Of a stretch of DNA of 64,000 nt, positions 23,611-34,690 are shown piece by piece. Origin of the DNA: Balanoglossus misakiensis (Eukaryota > Animalia > Hemichordata); assembly GCA_040954595.2 (NCBI GenBank), contig CM082592.2, forward strand, positions 372,001 through 436,000. The letters are read 5' to 3'. A model generated the notes under the pieces. It saw only the letters and a list, made by a program, of their open reading frames with translations, was not told the origin of the DNA and searched no databases. The position numbers were made by a program, and so were the translations under genes. Position 1 is the stretch's first letter; each line of letters opens with the position of its first letter.

Positions 23611-23797
23611 CATTTTTCGCCATTTTGAGCGGCACATACCATTCAAAAACCACCCCGGAGGGGTAGTGCAACCCAAAATATTCAATGTTAACATCTTTTT
23701 TTCTTGTTCAGCACGTTCTAAAGAACAAAAAAATACCCAAGTGGTTGGTTTATGGGGGGGGGGGGGTGCTCGGTGGACCCCTCCAGCCCACGGACTA
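22595..23797 (-). mobile_element. Candidate one-ended remnant of a DNA transposon with subterminal repeats (terminus TAGTCCGTGGG on the minus strand)
   Basis: Sharp junction ...cccacggacta|tctgcatttttgg back into satellite; a TAG start resembles Academ/hAT-type ends; no second end or TSD visible. Confidence 0.35.
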
Positions 23798-26700
23798 TCT
23801 GCATTTTTGGAATGGTCGAAAGTTTTAACATACAATCAAAATGTCATATATGATCAGGGCACCAAATTCGAAGAACAAAGGTTTTTTTAGTTTTTTTTTT
23901 CTAAAAATGACATTTTCAAGGAAAATTTGGTAAAACGCAATTTTGTCTGCAGTGAGCCAAATTAGACGGTCTTTTGTGGAATTTGTATCGATATATACAT
24001 ACGAAGAGCATTCTATACTCCATCAGATTTCCGAAAATGTAGAAAACAGGTATTTTTTGTAATTTTCAAAAATTTACCATTTCGACCAAATTGTTATTTT
24101 CGTGTTGAATGCCGCCAGTGTCACTGCTTTTAAAAGTCATGAAAACTGTTAACATACAAGCAATTCTTTATATATGATCAGGTCACCGAATTAAAAAAAA
24201 TAAAGAATGTTTTGCCTAAAAATGACCTTTTTGGTGCAAAAACGAATACAACGCAATTTTGTATTAAATCAGCTCATTCAGAGTGCATTTTTTATAATCA
24301 GCACCATTTTTAAATATAATGGAAATTTCCTACATCATCAGATATCCAAATATGAAAAAATGATTTAGATTTTAGATGATTGTAAAAAATTAGCTGATAT
24401 CTAATAAATGTAGTATTGAACTGTTCCGTTTCCCCCCCCCCCTTCCCTTACATTATATGCGGTACGCCGATGTCAGCTTACCCGGCAGTACTGCAGGCCG
24501 TGCCCCCAACTAACGTCGGTGTTTGAAACGCCCTGGTTAAATTCGGGCTTTCTCAATAAATTGACAGGCAATAATGCAGTCCTACCCGAACAAATGTCGA
24601 GTGTTGACCCGCTGTGACTTTCCCTCTTCGGTTTGCCCGACTTAGCCAACGTCTTTGTACTAGAGTGTCGGGTCTTTTGCAGAGCCAGGCCGAAGGAAAT
24701 CCGACTTGATCACCGTTGCTAACGAACGCTAGTGTCTGTCATGGTGTGCCGGGGTTTTAGTCGAGCCAGGCCGTAGGAGATCTGACTTGATCATCGTGGT
24801 CAATGTACGCGTGTTTCCGCTCTAAAGTGCCGGGGCTTCAGCTAAACCAGGCCGTAGGAAATCCGACGTAATCACCGTTGATAACTTACGCCAGTCTGTG
24901 TCATATAGAGCCGGTGCACCAGCCGAGTCACGCCGTAGGAAATCTGACTTGATCAACGTGGTCAATGTACGCCTGTTTCTGCTCTAGAGTGCCGGGGCTT
25001 CAGCTGAGCCAGGCCGTAGGAAACCCGACGTGATTACCGTTGTTAACTTACGCCAGTCTGTGTCCTATATATAGTGCCGGGGCATCAGCCGTGCCAGGCC
25101 GAAGGAAATGTGAGTAGATCAACGTGGTCTCTGTACGCGTGTTTCTGCTCTATAGTGCCAGGGCTTTAGCCAAGCCATGCCGTAGGAAATCTGACTTGAT
25201 CAACGTTGCTTACGAACGCTAATGTCTGTCATAGTGTGCCGGGGTTTTAGTCGAGCCAAGCCGTAGGAGATCAGACTTGATCAACGTGCTATCTGTACGC
25301 GTGTTTCTGCTCTAGAGTGCCGGGGCTTTATCCAAGCCATGCCGTAGAAAATCTGACTTGATCACCGTTGCTAACGTACGCTAGTGTCTGTCATATTGTG
25401 ACGGAGATTTAGCCGAGCCAGGCCGTAGAAAAATCGACTTGTTCAACGTTACCAGTGTGCAACTGTTTCTGCTCTAGAGTGTCAGGGTTTTAGCCGACTT
25501 ATGCTGTAGGAAATCTGAGTTGATGAACGGGAATTCAATGTTAGAAAACCCGTGTGGAAAGTATCTCTACCCGTTTGAAACTAAGAATAGAATTTATTCT
25601 TATTTATTTTGTAAAAAAGACAATTTTTCGAAAAAAAAGTCGAAAATGGTAATTTTGTCTTGGGTGATTCAAATTATACCGCCTTTTCTGGAATTTGCAG
25701 CACTTTTTACAAGAGAACGACAATTCATGCTCCATAATATTTCCGAAAATGAAGAAAAGAGTTAATTGTTTAAGATTTTTCTAAAATTTACCATTTTTGT
25801 CAAAATATGGCCAAAATGGCAATTTTTTCTTGAATTCCGCAAATATCTCTGAATTTTTGGAGTGGTCGAAAGTTTTAACATACAATCAACATGTCATATA
25901 TGATCAGGGCACCAAATTCGAAGAACAAAGGTTTTTTTATTTTTTTTCTAAAAATGATATTTTCAAGGAAAATTTAGTAAAACGCAATTTTGTCTGCAGT
26001 GTGCCAAATTAGACGGTCTTTTGTGGAATTTGTATCGATATATACATACGAAGAGCATTCTATACTCCATCAGATTTCCGAAAATGTAGAAAACATGTAT
26101 TTTTTGTAATTTTCAAAAATTTACCATTAAGACCAAATTGTGGCTAAAATTGTTATTTTCGTGTTGAATGCCGCCAGTGTCACTGCTTTTAAAAGTCATA
26201 AAAACTTTTAACATACAAGCAATTGTTTATATATGATCAGGTCGCCGAATTAAAAAAATAAAGAATGTTTTGCCTAAAAATGACCTTTTTGGTGCAAAAA
26301 CGAACAAAACGCAATTTTGTATTAAATCAGCTCATTCAGAGTGCATTTTTATAATCAGCACCATTTTTACATATAATGGAAATTTCATACATCATCAGAT
26401 ATCCAAATATGAAAAAATTAATTAGATTTAAGATGATTGTCCAAAATTAGCTGATATCTGATAAATGTAGTAATAAACCGTTCTGTTCCCCCCCCCCCTA
26501 CATTACATGCGGTACGCCGATGTCAGCTTACCCGGCAGTACTGCAGGCCGTGCCCCCAACTAACGTCGGTGTTTGAAACGCCCTGGTTAAATTCGAGCTT
26601 TCTCTATAAATTGACAGGCAATAATGCAGTCCTACCCGAACAAATGTCGAGTGTTGACCCGCTGTGACTTTCCCTCTTCGGTTTGCCCGACTTAGCCAAC

Positions 26701-28187
26701 GTCTTTGTACTAATGTGTCGGGTCTTTTGCAGAGCCAGGCCGAAGGAAATCCAACTTGATCACCGTTGCTAACGAACGCTAGTGTCTGTCATGGTGTGCC
26801 GGGGTTTTAGTCGAGCCAGGCCGTAGGAGATCTGACTTGATCATCGTGGTCAATGTACGCGTGTTTCCGCTCTAAAGTGCCGGGGCTTCAGCTAAACCAG
26901 GCCGTAGGAAATCCGACGTAATCACCGTTGATAACTTACGCCAGTCTGTGTCATATAGAGCCGGTGTACCATCCGAGTCACGCCGTAGGAAATCTGACTT
27001 GATCAACGTGGTCAATGTACGCCTGTTTTTGCTCTAGAGTGCCGGGGCTTCAGCTGAGCCAGGCCGTAGGAAACCCGACGTGATTACCGTTGTTAACTTA
27101 CGCCAGTCTGTGTCCTATATATAGTGCCGGGGCATCAGCCGTGCCAGGCCGAAGGAAATGTGAGTAGATCAACGTGGTCTCTGTACGCGTGTTTCTGCTC
27201 TAGAGTGCCATGGCTTTAGCCAAGCCATGCCGTAGGAAATCTGACTTGATCAACGTTGCTTACGAACGCTAGTGTCTGTCATAGTGTGCCGGGGTTTTAG
27301 TCGAGCCAAGCCGTAGGATATCAGACTTGATCAACGTGGTCTCTGTACGCGTGTTTCTGCTCTAGAGTGCCGGGGCTTTATCCAAGCCATGCCGTGGAAA
27401 ATCTGACTTGATCACCGTTGCTAACGTACGCTAGTGTCTGTCATATTGTGACGGAGATTTAGCCGAGCCAGGCCGAAGAAAAATCGACTTGTTCAACGTT
27501 ACCAGTGTGCAACTGTTTCTGCTCTAGAGTGTCAGGGTTTTAGCCGACTTATGCTGTAGGAAATCTGAGTTGATGAACGGGAATTCAATGTTAGAAAACC
27601 CGTGTGGAAAGTATCTCTACCCGTTTGAAACTAAGAAAAGAATTTATTCTTATTTATTTTGTAAAAAAGACAATATTTCGAAAAAAGTCGAAAATGGTAA
27701 TTTTGTCTTGGGTGATTCAAATTATACCGCCTTTTCTGGAATTTGCAGCACTTTTTACAAGAGAACGACACTTCATGATCCATAATATTTCCGAAAATGA
27801 AGAAAAGAGTTAATTTTTTATGATTTTTTAAAAATTTACCATATTTGTCAAAATATGGCCAAAATGGCTATTTTTTCTTGAATTCCGTCAATATCTCTGC
27901 ATTTTTGGAGTGGTCGAAAGTTTTAACATACAATCAACATGTCATATATGATCGGGGCACCAAATTCGAAGAACAAAGGTTTTTTTATTTTTTTTTCTAA
28001 AAATGACATTTTCAAGGAAAATTTGGTAAAACGCAATTTTGTCTGCAGTGAGCCATATTAGACTGTCTTTTGTGGAATTTGTATCGATATATACATACGA
28101 AGAGCATTTTATACTCCATCAGATTTTCGAAAATGTAGAAAACGGGTATTTTTTGTAATTTTCAAAAATTTACCATTTTGACCAAAT
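23798..28187 (+). repeat. Composite satellite, ~2.1 units
   Basis: Poly-C landmarks at ~24432 and ~26487. Confidence 0.96.
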
Positions 28188-28523
28188 TGTGGGGAAGTAT
28201 CGTGGCAGTGATCAATACTCCCGGGAGGGGGTTCGAGTATACTGACGTCGGAAAAGAAGCGAACGATTCAATGCTAGGTAAAACACTGGTTTATTACCAT
28301 CTGAATCCAACAACAAAGTAACACCACAGAGCTCCTTACAAAATGCTGCCCGAAAGCGCCAAAACTGGGTTATATATAAGTCCCACGAACGCCGGAGCAA
28401 ACACTCAAAAATTACAATAAATCTGCTACAAGTATAAAGTTTGGCGGGAAACAAAGTCAACTCTGATAGGGTAAGAGTTTCCGTCACGTGATCCTTCTGG
28501 AGTAAATCTCTCACTTCTCCATA
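28188..28523 (-). repeat. 3' LTR (336 bp); PPT adjacent at 28524-28532
   Basis: Direct repeat of 34355-34690 with 6 substitutions by my count. Confidence 0.95.
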
Positions 28524-28696
28524 TTCTCCCCCGCGCAAAGGAAAGTCTCGAAAATCATCAGAAAAAAAAACATCAAATAACATGAAATATGATTAAAGTC
28601 ACCTAAAGTGTTCAAGGATAATAAACTAATGTTCATTGTGTCAGTAAACATGATAACAGTCACAATGCGATCGAAATTGTTTTCCAATTATTAAAG

Positions 28697-31600
28697 TCAA
28701 ATAGAAAGATCCGCTATTCGTACTCGAGCGGCAACTGCAGAGTCTCTGACAGGTCGTCTCGGGGGTACAACATCCGCCTTCACCGAGGAATCTTCAGAGG
28801 CTCCAGCTGTGTCGACTGTTTCAGTATTCGTGTTGGAATCTGCTCCAATACCTGTATTATCTCCAGACACAGTTGACAGCTCCTTGGAGACAACTTCCAA
28901 TTGGTACAATTTATGGATAGGTCGGTTTGTAGGACCACCTGCGGTGTTCAACTCCGCAGATCGTACCAGTTTATCATTACCGAAGATCAACCTTGTTACA
29001 GTTCCTAAATGCCATTTCGGACGTTTGTCAGTGTCACTGTGTATTATCACGACATCTCCGACCTTGATGACATTATCACGAGTTCCTTTGGTGGGATGTC
29101 GTTCACGTAGGGCAGTCAGATACTCGGACGACCATCTTCGCCAAAATTGATCGTGTAATCTTGATAGATGTTCATATCTTTTGTTGATTTCACGATTATC
29201 ACAGTAAGATGGGTCAATCACCTCTTCGTCGGTGATCTCGATGTACGGCAATGAGGTCAGTGTCCTGCCATGTAGCAAGTGATTTGGGGTCAATCCAATG
29301 TTGTCGTTTATACTGGATGACACGTACGTTAACGGCCTGTCGTTTAAAACGGCTTCAATTTCAGTCACAACTGTTGCGAGTTCATCAAAGGTTAGGTAAG
29401 CTCGACCGAGAGTTTTCCTAATAGCGTTCTTTGTCAAAGCAATCAGCCTCTCCCAGAAGCCACCAAACCAGGGCGCGCGCTTCGGTATAAACGTCCATTG
29501 TACACGATGTGCGGCGAGAAAGTCATTTACTTCTGGCGTATCAAACAGTGTTTTGATTTCATTGGCAGCCGATAAATAAGTCGATAAGTTGTCTGACAGC
29601 ATCCTACTCGGCAAAGAACGTCTCGCGGCGAATCTTCTGAACGCGTGCATGAACGTCTGGGTTGACATATCAGGAACCAGTTCTAGGTGAATGGCACGCG
29701 TCACCGCACAGGTGAATAAACAGATATAGGCTTTGGCACGTGTCCCATCTTTGGCCTTGGTATAAAGATGACCCGTGAAATCCACGCCTGTTACAGTAAA
29801 TGCTGGGACAATGTTCACTCGATAACTTGGTAGCGGCGCTTGCACTGGATTCGCGTAAGGTTTCCCGGTAACTTTGTTGCAAATGACACAACCACGTAAG
29901 ACACCGCGTACAATAATCCGAATTTTGGGGATCCAATATCTTTGCCTTATTTGTGTCACTGTAGATTGGACTCCCTGGTGAAGCGTCAGTTCGTGTGATT
30001 TCCGTATTATCAAATTTGTCAATTTATGATGCGAGGGTATCAAGGCGGGAAATCTTGTGACGAAATCGATCGGCGCGTTATGGATTCTACTCCCACAGCG
30101 AAGTACGTCTTCTTCGTCAACAAATAAGTTCAGTTGTCGAACAATGGGCGCACATGTACTCAAGTTCAATTTCACAGACTGGATTTCGGCGTCATAGAAC
30201 TGCCGTTGAATATGTTTAACCCACATATTTTCCGCTCGGTGCAGCTCATCAGGGGTAATTCTCCCGTGTTTCACCTCGGTAGATTTTTTCATCCGTGCGA
30301 CGAATCTGAGGACATAACTTGTCACTCGTAATAGCCTATCCAAGTTGTTGAATCTGGAAATGTCAACAACGTGTTGAATTCCGTAGTCATTGGGACTGGT
30401 AATTTCCAGAATTTCGCGATCTGTACATCGTCTGGCTTTGGGGGGAGCGAGTATTTCTGCGTTCTCGGTAGACTGATCGTTGATTCCGTTGCCGAAACGC
30501 GGCGGCAATCTGTCCGTCTCATCTGGTTCGATTGCGGTATGCATCACATTAACATCAAACGCTGGGCAACTAGGCCAATCGCTTGTCTTTAGCCATGTTG
30601 GTCCATTACGCCATAGTTCAGAGCGTTCCATCATTTCGTAGGTTACCCCTCTGGTTAAAAGATCAGCTGGGTTGTGTTCTGATGGGCAGTATTTCTTTGT
30701 GGACTGAAATTCGCGAATTTCATCTACTCGATTCTTCACAAACACCGGAAGTCTCTTCTCACTGTTCAGCCAGTGAAGGACAATTTGGCTGTCACTCCAT
30801 AAATAACAACGAACTATGTCATATTTGGAGGACAGGGCTTCTTTAGCGTACTTGCTGAGACGTGTGGCTATTAACGCAGCCATCAATTCCAGTCGCGGGA
30901 GTGTAGTTTCAGCCACTGGTGCGGTTCTAGTCTTCGCCATCACAAACGACGTTTGCTGTCCTCTTTTCAAATACACTACTGCCCCATACGCTCTCTGGCT
31001 TGCGTCTGCAAAGGCGTGTAGCTCGCATTCATTGTCGCCTTCAAGTTCATCAAAATATTGTCGTTCGATCTTCGTGTTTCGCGAGTCTTTGAGATCTTCT
31101 GCGATGTGCATCCGTTGAGTGTAGAGATCTGCGTTGATAGGTTCATCCCAGTCTAATTCCAGTTTCCATAGTAACTGAATGAACAATTTGGCTTTGATCA
31201 TTACAGGGGCGAGAAATCCAAACGGATCAAATAGCATCGCCACATAGCTGACAATGTCACGTTTGGTCACGAGTTCGGCACGCGACGACATATTAACCAC
31301 TTTGGAGTAAGTCAATTCGTCAGATTTTGTTGACCACTGCATTCCCAAAACGGATACATCTTCGGTGGGTTCGTTCAGATTGTCACATGTAGCGAGTTCG
31401 TTTATTTGTTGACAGTTGGAAGACCATGCTCTGAGTTTGAATCCGCCTGATGTCATCAACTCATTGGCTTCATGGTAGTATTTCATGGCGTTTTCTGCAG
31501 TATCAACTCCATCGATCACATTATCCACATAGATATTATTTCCCAATCTGTCAGCGGTGGGAAGTTGACTATTGTTCTCTAAATGCGTCTTGATAACCGC

Positions 31601-34321
31601 ATTGAGGATGAATGGGGAACAGACTGCTCCAAACAAGACAGACTTAAACTGCAAAGTTATGAAGTCACTTTCTGGGTCGTTAATGTCCGACAGCCACAGA
31701 AATTTCGTGAATTTCCTCTCATCTTCTTCCAACCGAATGTTCAGGAATGCTTTCTCAATGTCAGCTGTGAAAGCAATGTTATTGGCGCGGAATCTCAGCA
31801 GAATCGCTGGCAGGTCATTTATTAATGACGGTCCAGTTTGCAAGCAATCATTCAAACTTGGATAATTAGAATCCTTCTTACAAGAGCAATCATAAACGAT
31901 GCGAATGGGTGTTGTGGTCGAATTCTTAACCACCGGACGTTGTGGCAAATAGTGTCCGATATTCACGTCATCTTCGTCAACCTCTCCGATGAAGTCGCGA
32001 CGTCTCTGTTCATTGATTATGTCGTCATATTTCTTGATGAGTTCAGAGGGTAACCTGCGTATCATATTACGCGTGCGTTTCATGGCGACATCGTAGTTGG
32101 TGGGTAGTGGAGGGTGATCTTCCTTCCACGGTAGTTTAGCTACGTATTTTCCTCGGTCAACTCTCAAGTGCGTGTCTCTGTAAGACTCGTACGTCAACTT
32201 TTCATCAACTGTTGGATTGTCCTGAATACCGATCAATTCAAGGTCCCACATATTTTGGACCTGTGGTTCTCGGCCGATCGCAGTACTATCCATCGGTGTA
32301 TACATGTCCGTTGCGCGATCTCCATGCAGTCCGTTGATAGAGTTCTCTGAAACTACGTTACTGGTATCAGCAGTAGAAATCACGTGTAAGATATGCGCAT
32401 TAGAATCCACTTTGGGAGTTCCGAGGGGTCCGGAGAGTAAGTATCCAAATTTGGATGACACAGCAGTGGGGCCGGACGCGCCAGAAATAACGTGTGAGCC
32501 CACGAAATTCCAATATTGGTCGGCTCCGATTAGAACATCAATTGGCCACGATTGATCACTCGAAACAGGATGTGCGAATGGTAGCCCTTTCAGGTGGCTC
32601 ATATTGTGGACTTCCTGAGAAATGTGATTTGTTAAGTCCGACGATATCTCTGGAATTATCATCGCGTGAATAGTTGAAGTATTCCCGTTCAGTTCATGAG
32701 CAGTTAGTTCGGTGAATCCCATGGTGCGTACTTTGGAATCCTTGCCACCGAAGGTCGATAACTTTATGTGTTCGTGCCGCGTAGCTTTCGCGGACAGCTG
32801 ACGGGCGAATCTCTCAGTGACGAATGTCTTATTTGCTCCTTCATCAAACAGGATGACGGCATGTATGGGGGTTCCCCGTCCGACAGACAGTGGTACAAAC
32901 GCAGTTTTCAGCAGCACTGGCCCAGTGTTTATCTTCTTATCCGTAAATGTATCGGTATTAGTCAATGTTACTTTGACATCAGAAGTACTTGATGATGGCG
33001 ATGGCGAGGACGACGCTCCGGTTGGCGTCGTTGTAGCGGTGGGAACGTCGTAGTGTAGCGCAGAGTGATGACGTTTCCTACACTTTCTGCAGGAGTATTT
33101 TGATTTACACTCCGCAACTCTATGTTTTCCAAAGCAATTAAAACATAGTCTGTCCTTCTTCACAATGTCCAGTCTCTCGCGCGTATCAGTTACCACAGTG
33201 CAATTTGACGCGAAGTGTGACCCTTTGCAGAACGGGCACGTTTTGACAGGGGCGCGAAACTTCTGTTTACCTGTCATCTGCGTTTTCGTGTGAAACGCGG
33301 TTATTTCCGGTTCTCTGGTAGTGGCCATTGTTATCTCGTCGACCCGGTTGCCGGCTTGAAGGGCGTTTATCTCGTGTTGAATGGCTTTTCGTAGATCTGC
33401 TAATGTCCACGCAGCATTACCATGTTTTCTTGCTATCTGCTCTCGAATGTTAGGAGGTAATTTCTCCCGTATTATTGGAACCAAAAGTTCGCCGTATGTG
33501 GTTTCCTCCTTACCCAGCGACTGAAGACCTCGAACGTGATTTTCAATCGAGTCGTAGAAATGCCTTAAACTTTGTACGTCGGCGGTTGGGCTTTGTAGAT
33601 TCCACAACGCGGTCATATGAGCATCTACTATGAGATGGGTTTGTCCGTATCTTTCGGTCAATAAGTCAATCGCGTGCGAGTAGTTTGATTCGGTGAGTGG
33701 CAATCCGTTGATTGTTCTCGCTGCTTCATCTTTGAGTACACTCCGCAAATACGTAAACTTCTGAATGTTGTCCAAATTAGTGTCCGAATGTATCGAAGAC
33801 TTGAATACATCGAAGAAACTCGACCATTCTATTACATTACCTGAGAAAGTTTGCAGCTGGAGTTTCGGTAGAGTTACTGTTTTACGAGGCGTCGCGTTGC
33901 CGAGGCTGCTTCCCGTTACATTACCAGTACTAGTAGTAGTTGTCCGCATCTCCGATTTGTTTTTCTTGATGAAAGATGCGATGCGATGATTGTGTTCGAA
34001 GATTTCGGCCTGGTAGTCGCCTGAAGTTTCATTTTCTTCGTCAAAGTGTTCATCGTCAATTAGATTGAGGATTCTCACCTCGAGGTCGGCGAGTAGACGG
34101 ATCTTGTTCAAAAGTTGTTCGTTCAGCCCTTCCAGCGTGTCGAGTGTAGTCGGCTTGTCTGTACCGACGTCTACGAAATTGTTCATGAGGGTGTCGGCCC
34201 GGTTGAACAGTCGGGTCACTTGTGCGCGTTGACCACGACGCGATCTCTTCAGTTTTGTCAACGCTGTTGGCTGATCCTCTTGTTGTCCATCTTGTGGCGC
34301 GATGTGTTCTTGTTCCGACAT
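28697..34321 (-). CDS. BEL/Pao gag-pol polyprotein (1874 aa): Gag, three zinc knuckles, aspartic protease, RT, RNase H, integrase
   Basis: CPFCKGSHFASNC / CFNCFGKHRVAEC / CRKCRKRHHSALH; LFDEGA; HYLP, SLNDCL, ADIEKAF, FG..CSPF, YVDN; FADAS, PRLEL, WSDS, NPAD; H..H..CVIC, GVDFTG, SDN, GGFWE; FW.RW..EYL..L. The PR-RT-RH-IN order and triple knuckle are characteristic of BEL/Pao. Confidence 0.97.
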   Translation of the reverse strand: MSEQEHIAPQDGQQEDQPTALTKLKRSRRGQRAQVTRLFNRADTLMNNFVDVGTDKPTTLDTLEGLNEQLLNKIRLLADLEVRILNLIDDEHFDEENETSGDYQAEIFEHNHRIASFIKKNKSEMRTTTTSTGNVTGSSLGNATPRKTVTLPKLQLQTFSGNVIEWSSFFDVFKSSIHSDTNLDNIQKFTYLRSVLKDEAARTINGLPLTESNYSHAIDLLTERYGQTHLIVDAHMTALWNLQSPTADVQSLRHFYDSIENHVRGLQSLGKEETTYGELLVPIIREKLPPNIREQIARKHGNAAWTLADLRKAIQHEINALQAGNRVDEITMATTREPEITAFHTKTQMTGKQKFRAPVKTCPFCKGSHFASNCTVVTDTRERLDIVKKDRLCFNCFGKHRVAECKSKYSCRKCRKRHHSALHYDVPTATTTPTGASSSPSPSSSTSDVKVTLTNTDTFTDKKINTGPVLLKTAFVPLSVGRGTPIHAVILFDEGANKTFVTERFARQLSAKATRHEHIKLSTFGGKDSKVRTMGFTELTAHELNGNTSTIHAMIIPEISSDLTNHISQEVHNMSHLKGLPFAHPVSSDQSWPIDVLIGADQYWNFVGSHVISGASGPTAVSSKFGYLLSGPLGTPKVDSNAHILHVISTADTSNVVSENSINGLHGDRATDMYTPMDSTAIGREPQVQNMWDLELIGIQDNPTVDEKLTYESYRDTHLRVDRGKYVAKLPWKEDHPPLPTNYDVAMKRTRNMIRRLPSELIKKYDDIINEQRRRDFIGEVDEDDVNIGHYLPQRPVVKNSTTTPIRIVYDCSCKKDSNYPSLNDCLQTGPSLINDLPAILLRFRANNIAFTADIEKAFLNIRLEEDERKFTKFLWLSDINDPESDFITLQFKSVLFGAVCSPFILNAVIKTHLENNSQLPTADRLGNNIYVDNVIDGVDTAENAMKYYHEANELMTSGGFKLRAWSSNCQQINELATCDNLNEPTEDVSVLGMQWSTKSDELTYSKVVNMSSRAELVTKRDIVSYVAMLFDPFGFLAPVMIKAKLFIQLLWKLELDWDEPINADLYTQRMHIAEDLKDSRNTKIERQYFDELEGDNECELHAFADASQRAYGAVVYLKRGQQTSFVMAKTRTAPVAETTLPRLELMAALIATRLSKYAKEALSSKYDIVRCYLWSDSQIVLHWLNSEKRLPVFVKNRVDEIREFQSTKKYCPSEHNPADLLTRGVTYEMMERSELWRNGPTWLKTSDWPSCPAFDVNVMHTAIEPDETDRLPPRFGNGINDQSTENAEILAPPKARRCTDREILEITSPNDYGIQHVVDISRFNNLDRLLRVTSYVLRFVARMKKSTEVKHGRITPDELHRAENMWVKHIQRQFYDAEIQSVKLNLSTCAPIVRQLNLFVDEEDVLRCGSRIHNAPIDFVTRFPALIPSHHKLTNLIIRKSHELTLHQGVQSTVTQIRQRYWIPKIRIIVRGVLRGCVICNKVTGKPYANPVQAPLPSYRVNIVPAFTVTGVDFTGHLYTKAKDGTRAKAYICLFTCAVTRAIHLELVPDMSTQTFMHAFRRFAARRSLPSRMLSDNLSTYLSAANEIKTLFDTPEVNDFLAAHRVQWTFIPKRAPWFGGFWERLIALTKNAIRKTLGRAYLTFDELATVVTEIEAVLNDRPLTYVSSSINDNIGLTPNHLLHGRTLTSLPYIEITDEEVIDPSYCDNREINKRYEHLSRLHDQFWRRWSSEYLTALRERHPTKGTRDNVIKVGDVVIIHSDTDKRPKWHLGTVTRLIFGNDKLVRSAELNTAGGPTNRPIHKLYQLEVVSKELSTVSGDNTGIGADSNTNTETVDTAGASEDSSVKADVVPPRRPVRDSAVAARVRIADLSI

Positions 34322-34332
34322 CTTGCTCGGTT

Positions 34333-34350
34333 ATCCTGGTCTCGGCACCA
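34333..34350 (-). promoter_or_regulatory. Primer-binding site, tRNA-His-like
   Basis: TGGTGCCGAGACCAGGAT on the minus strand, 4 nt from the LTR end. Confidence 0.75.
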
Positions 34351-34354
34351 AAAA

Positions 34355-34690
34355 TGTGGGGAAGTATCGTGGCAGTGATCAATACTCCCGGGAGGGGGTT
34401 CGAGTATACTGACGTCGGAAAAGAAGCGAACGATTCAGTGCTAGGTAAAACACTGGTTTTTTACCATCTGAATCCAACAACAACGTAACACCACAGAGCT
34501 CCTTACAAAAAGCTGTCCGAAAGCGCCAAAACTGGGTTATATATAAGTCCCACGAACGCCGGAGCAAACACTCAAAAATTACAATAAATCTGCTACAAGT
34601 ATAAAGTTTGGCGGGAAACAAAGTCAACTCTGATAGGGTAACAGTTTCCGTCACGTGATCCTTCTGGAGTAAATCTCTCACTTCTCCATA
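34355..34690 (-). repeat. 5' LTR (336 bp) with TATA-like TTATATATAA at 34537-34546
   Basis: Direct repeat of 28188-28523; termini TATGGAGAAG...CTTCCCCACA in element sense. Confidence 0.95.

Larger units (their letters stand above)
28188..34690 (-). mobile_element. Intact BEL/Pao LTR retrotransposon (6503 bp) with 5-bp TSD CAAAT
   Basis: Two 336-bp LTRs, PBS, PPT, one uninterrupted ORF; CAAAT at 28183-28187 and 34691-34695; the empty site in other units reads gaccaaattgtggct. Confidence 0.97.

Noticed and set aside
28524-28696. env-like or additional ORF in the BEL element
   Set aside because: Only ~170 bp lie between the pol stop and the PPT; short overlapping and antisense ORFs are shadows of gag-pol or the LTR.
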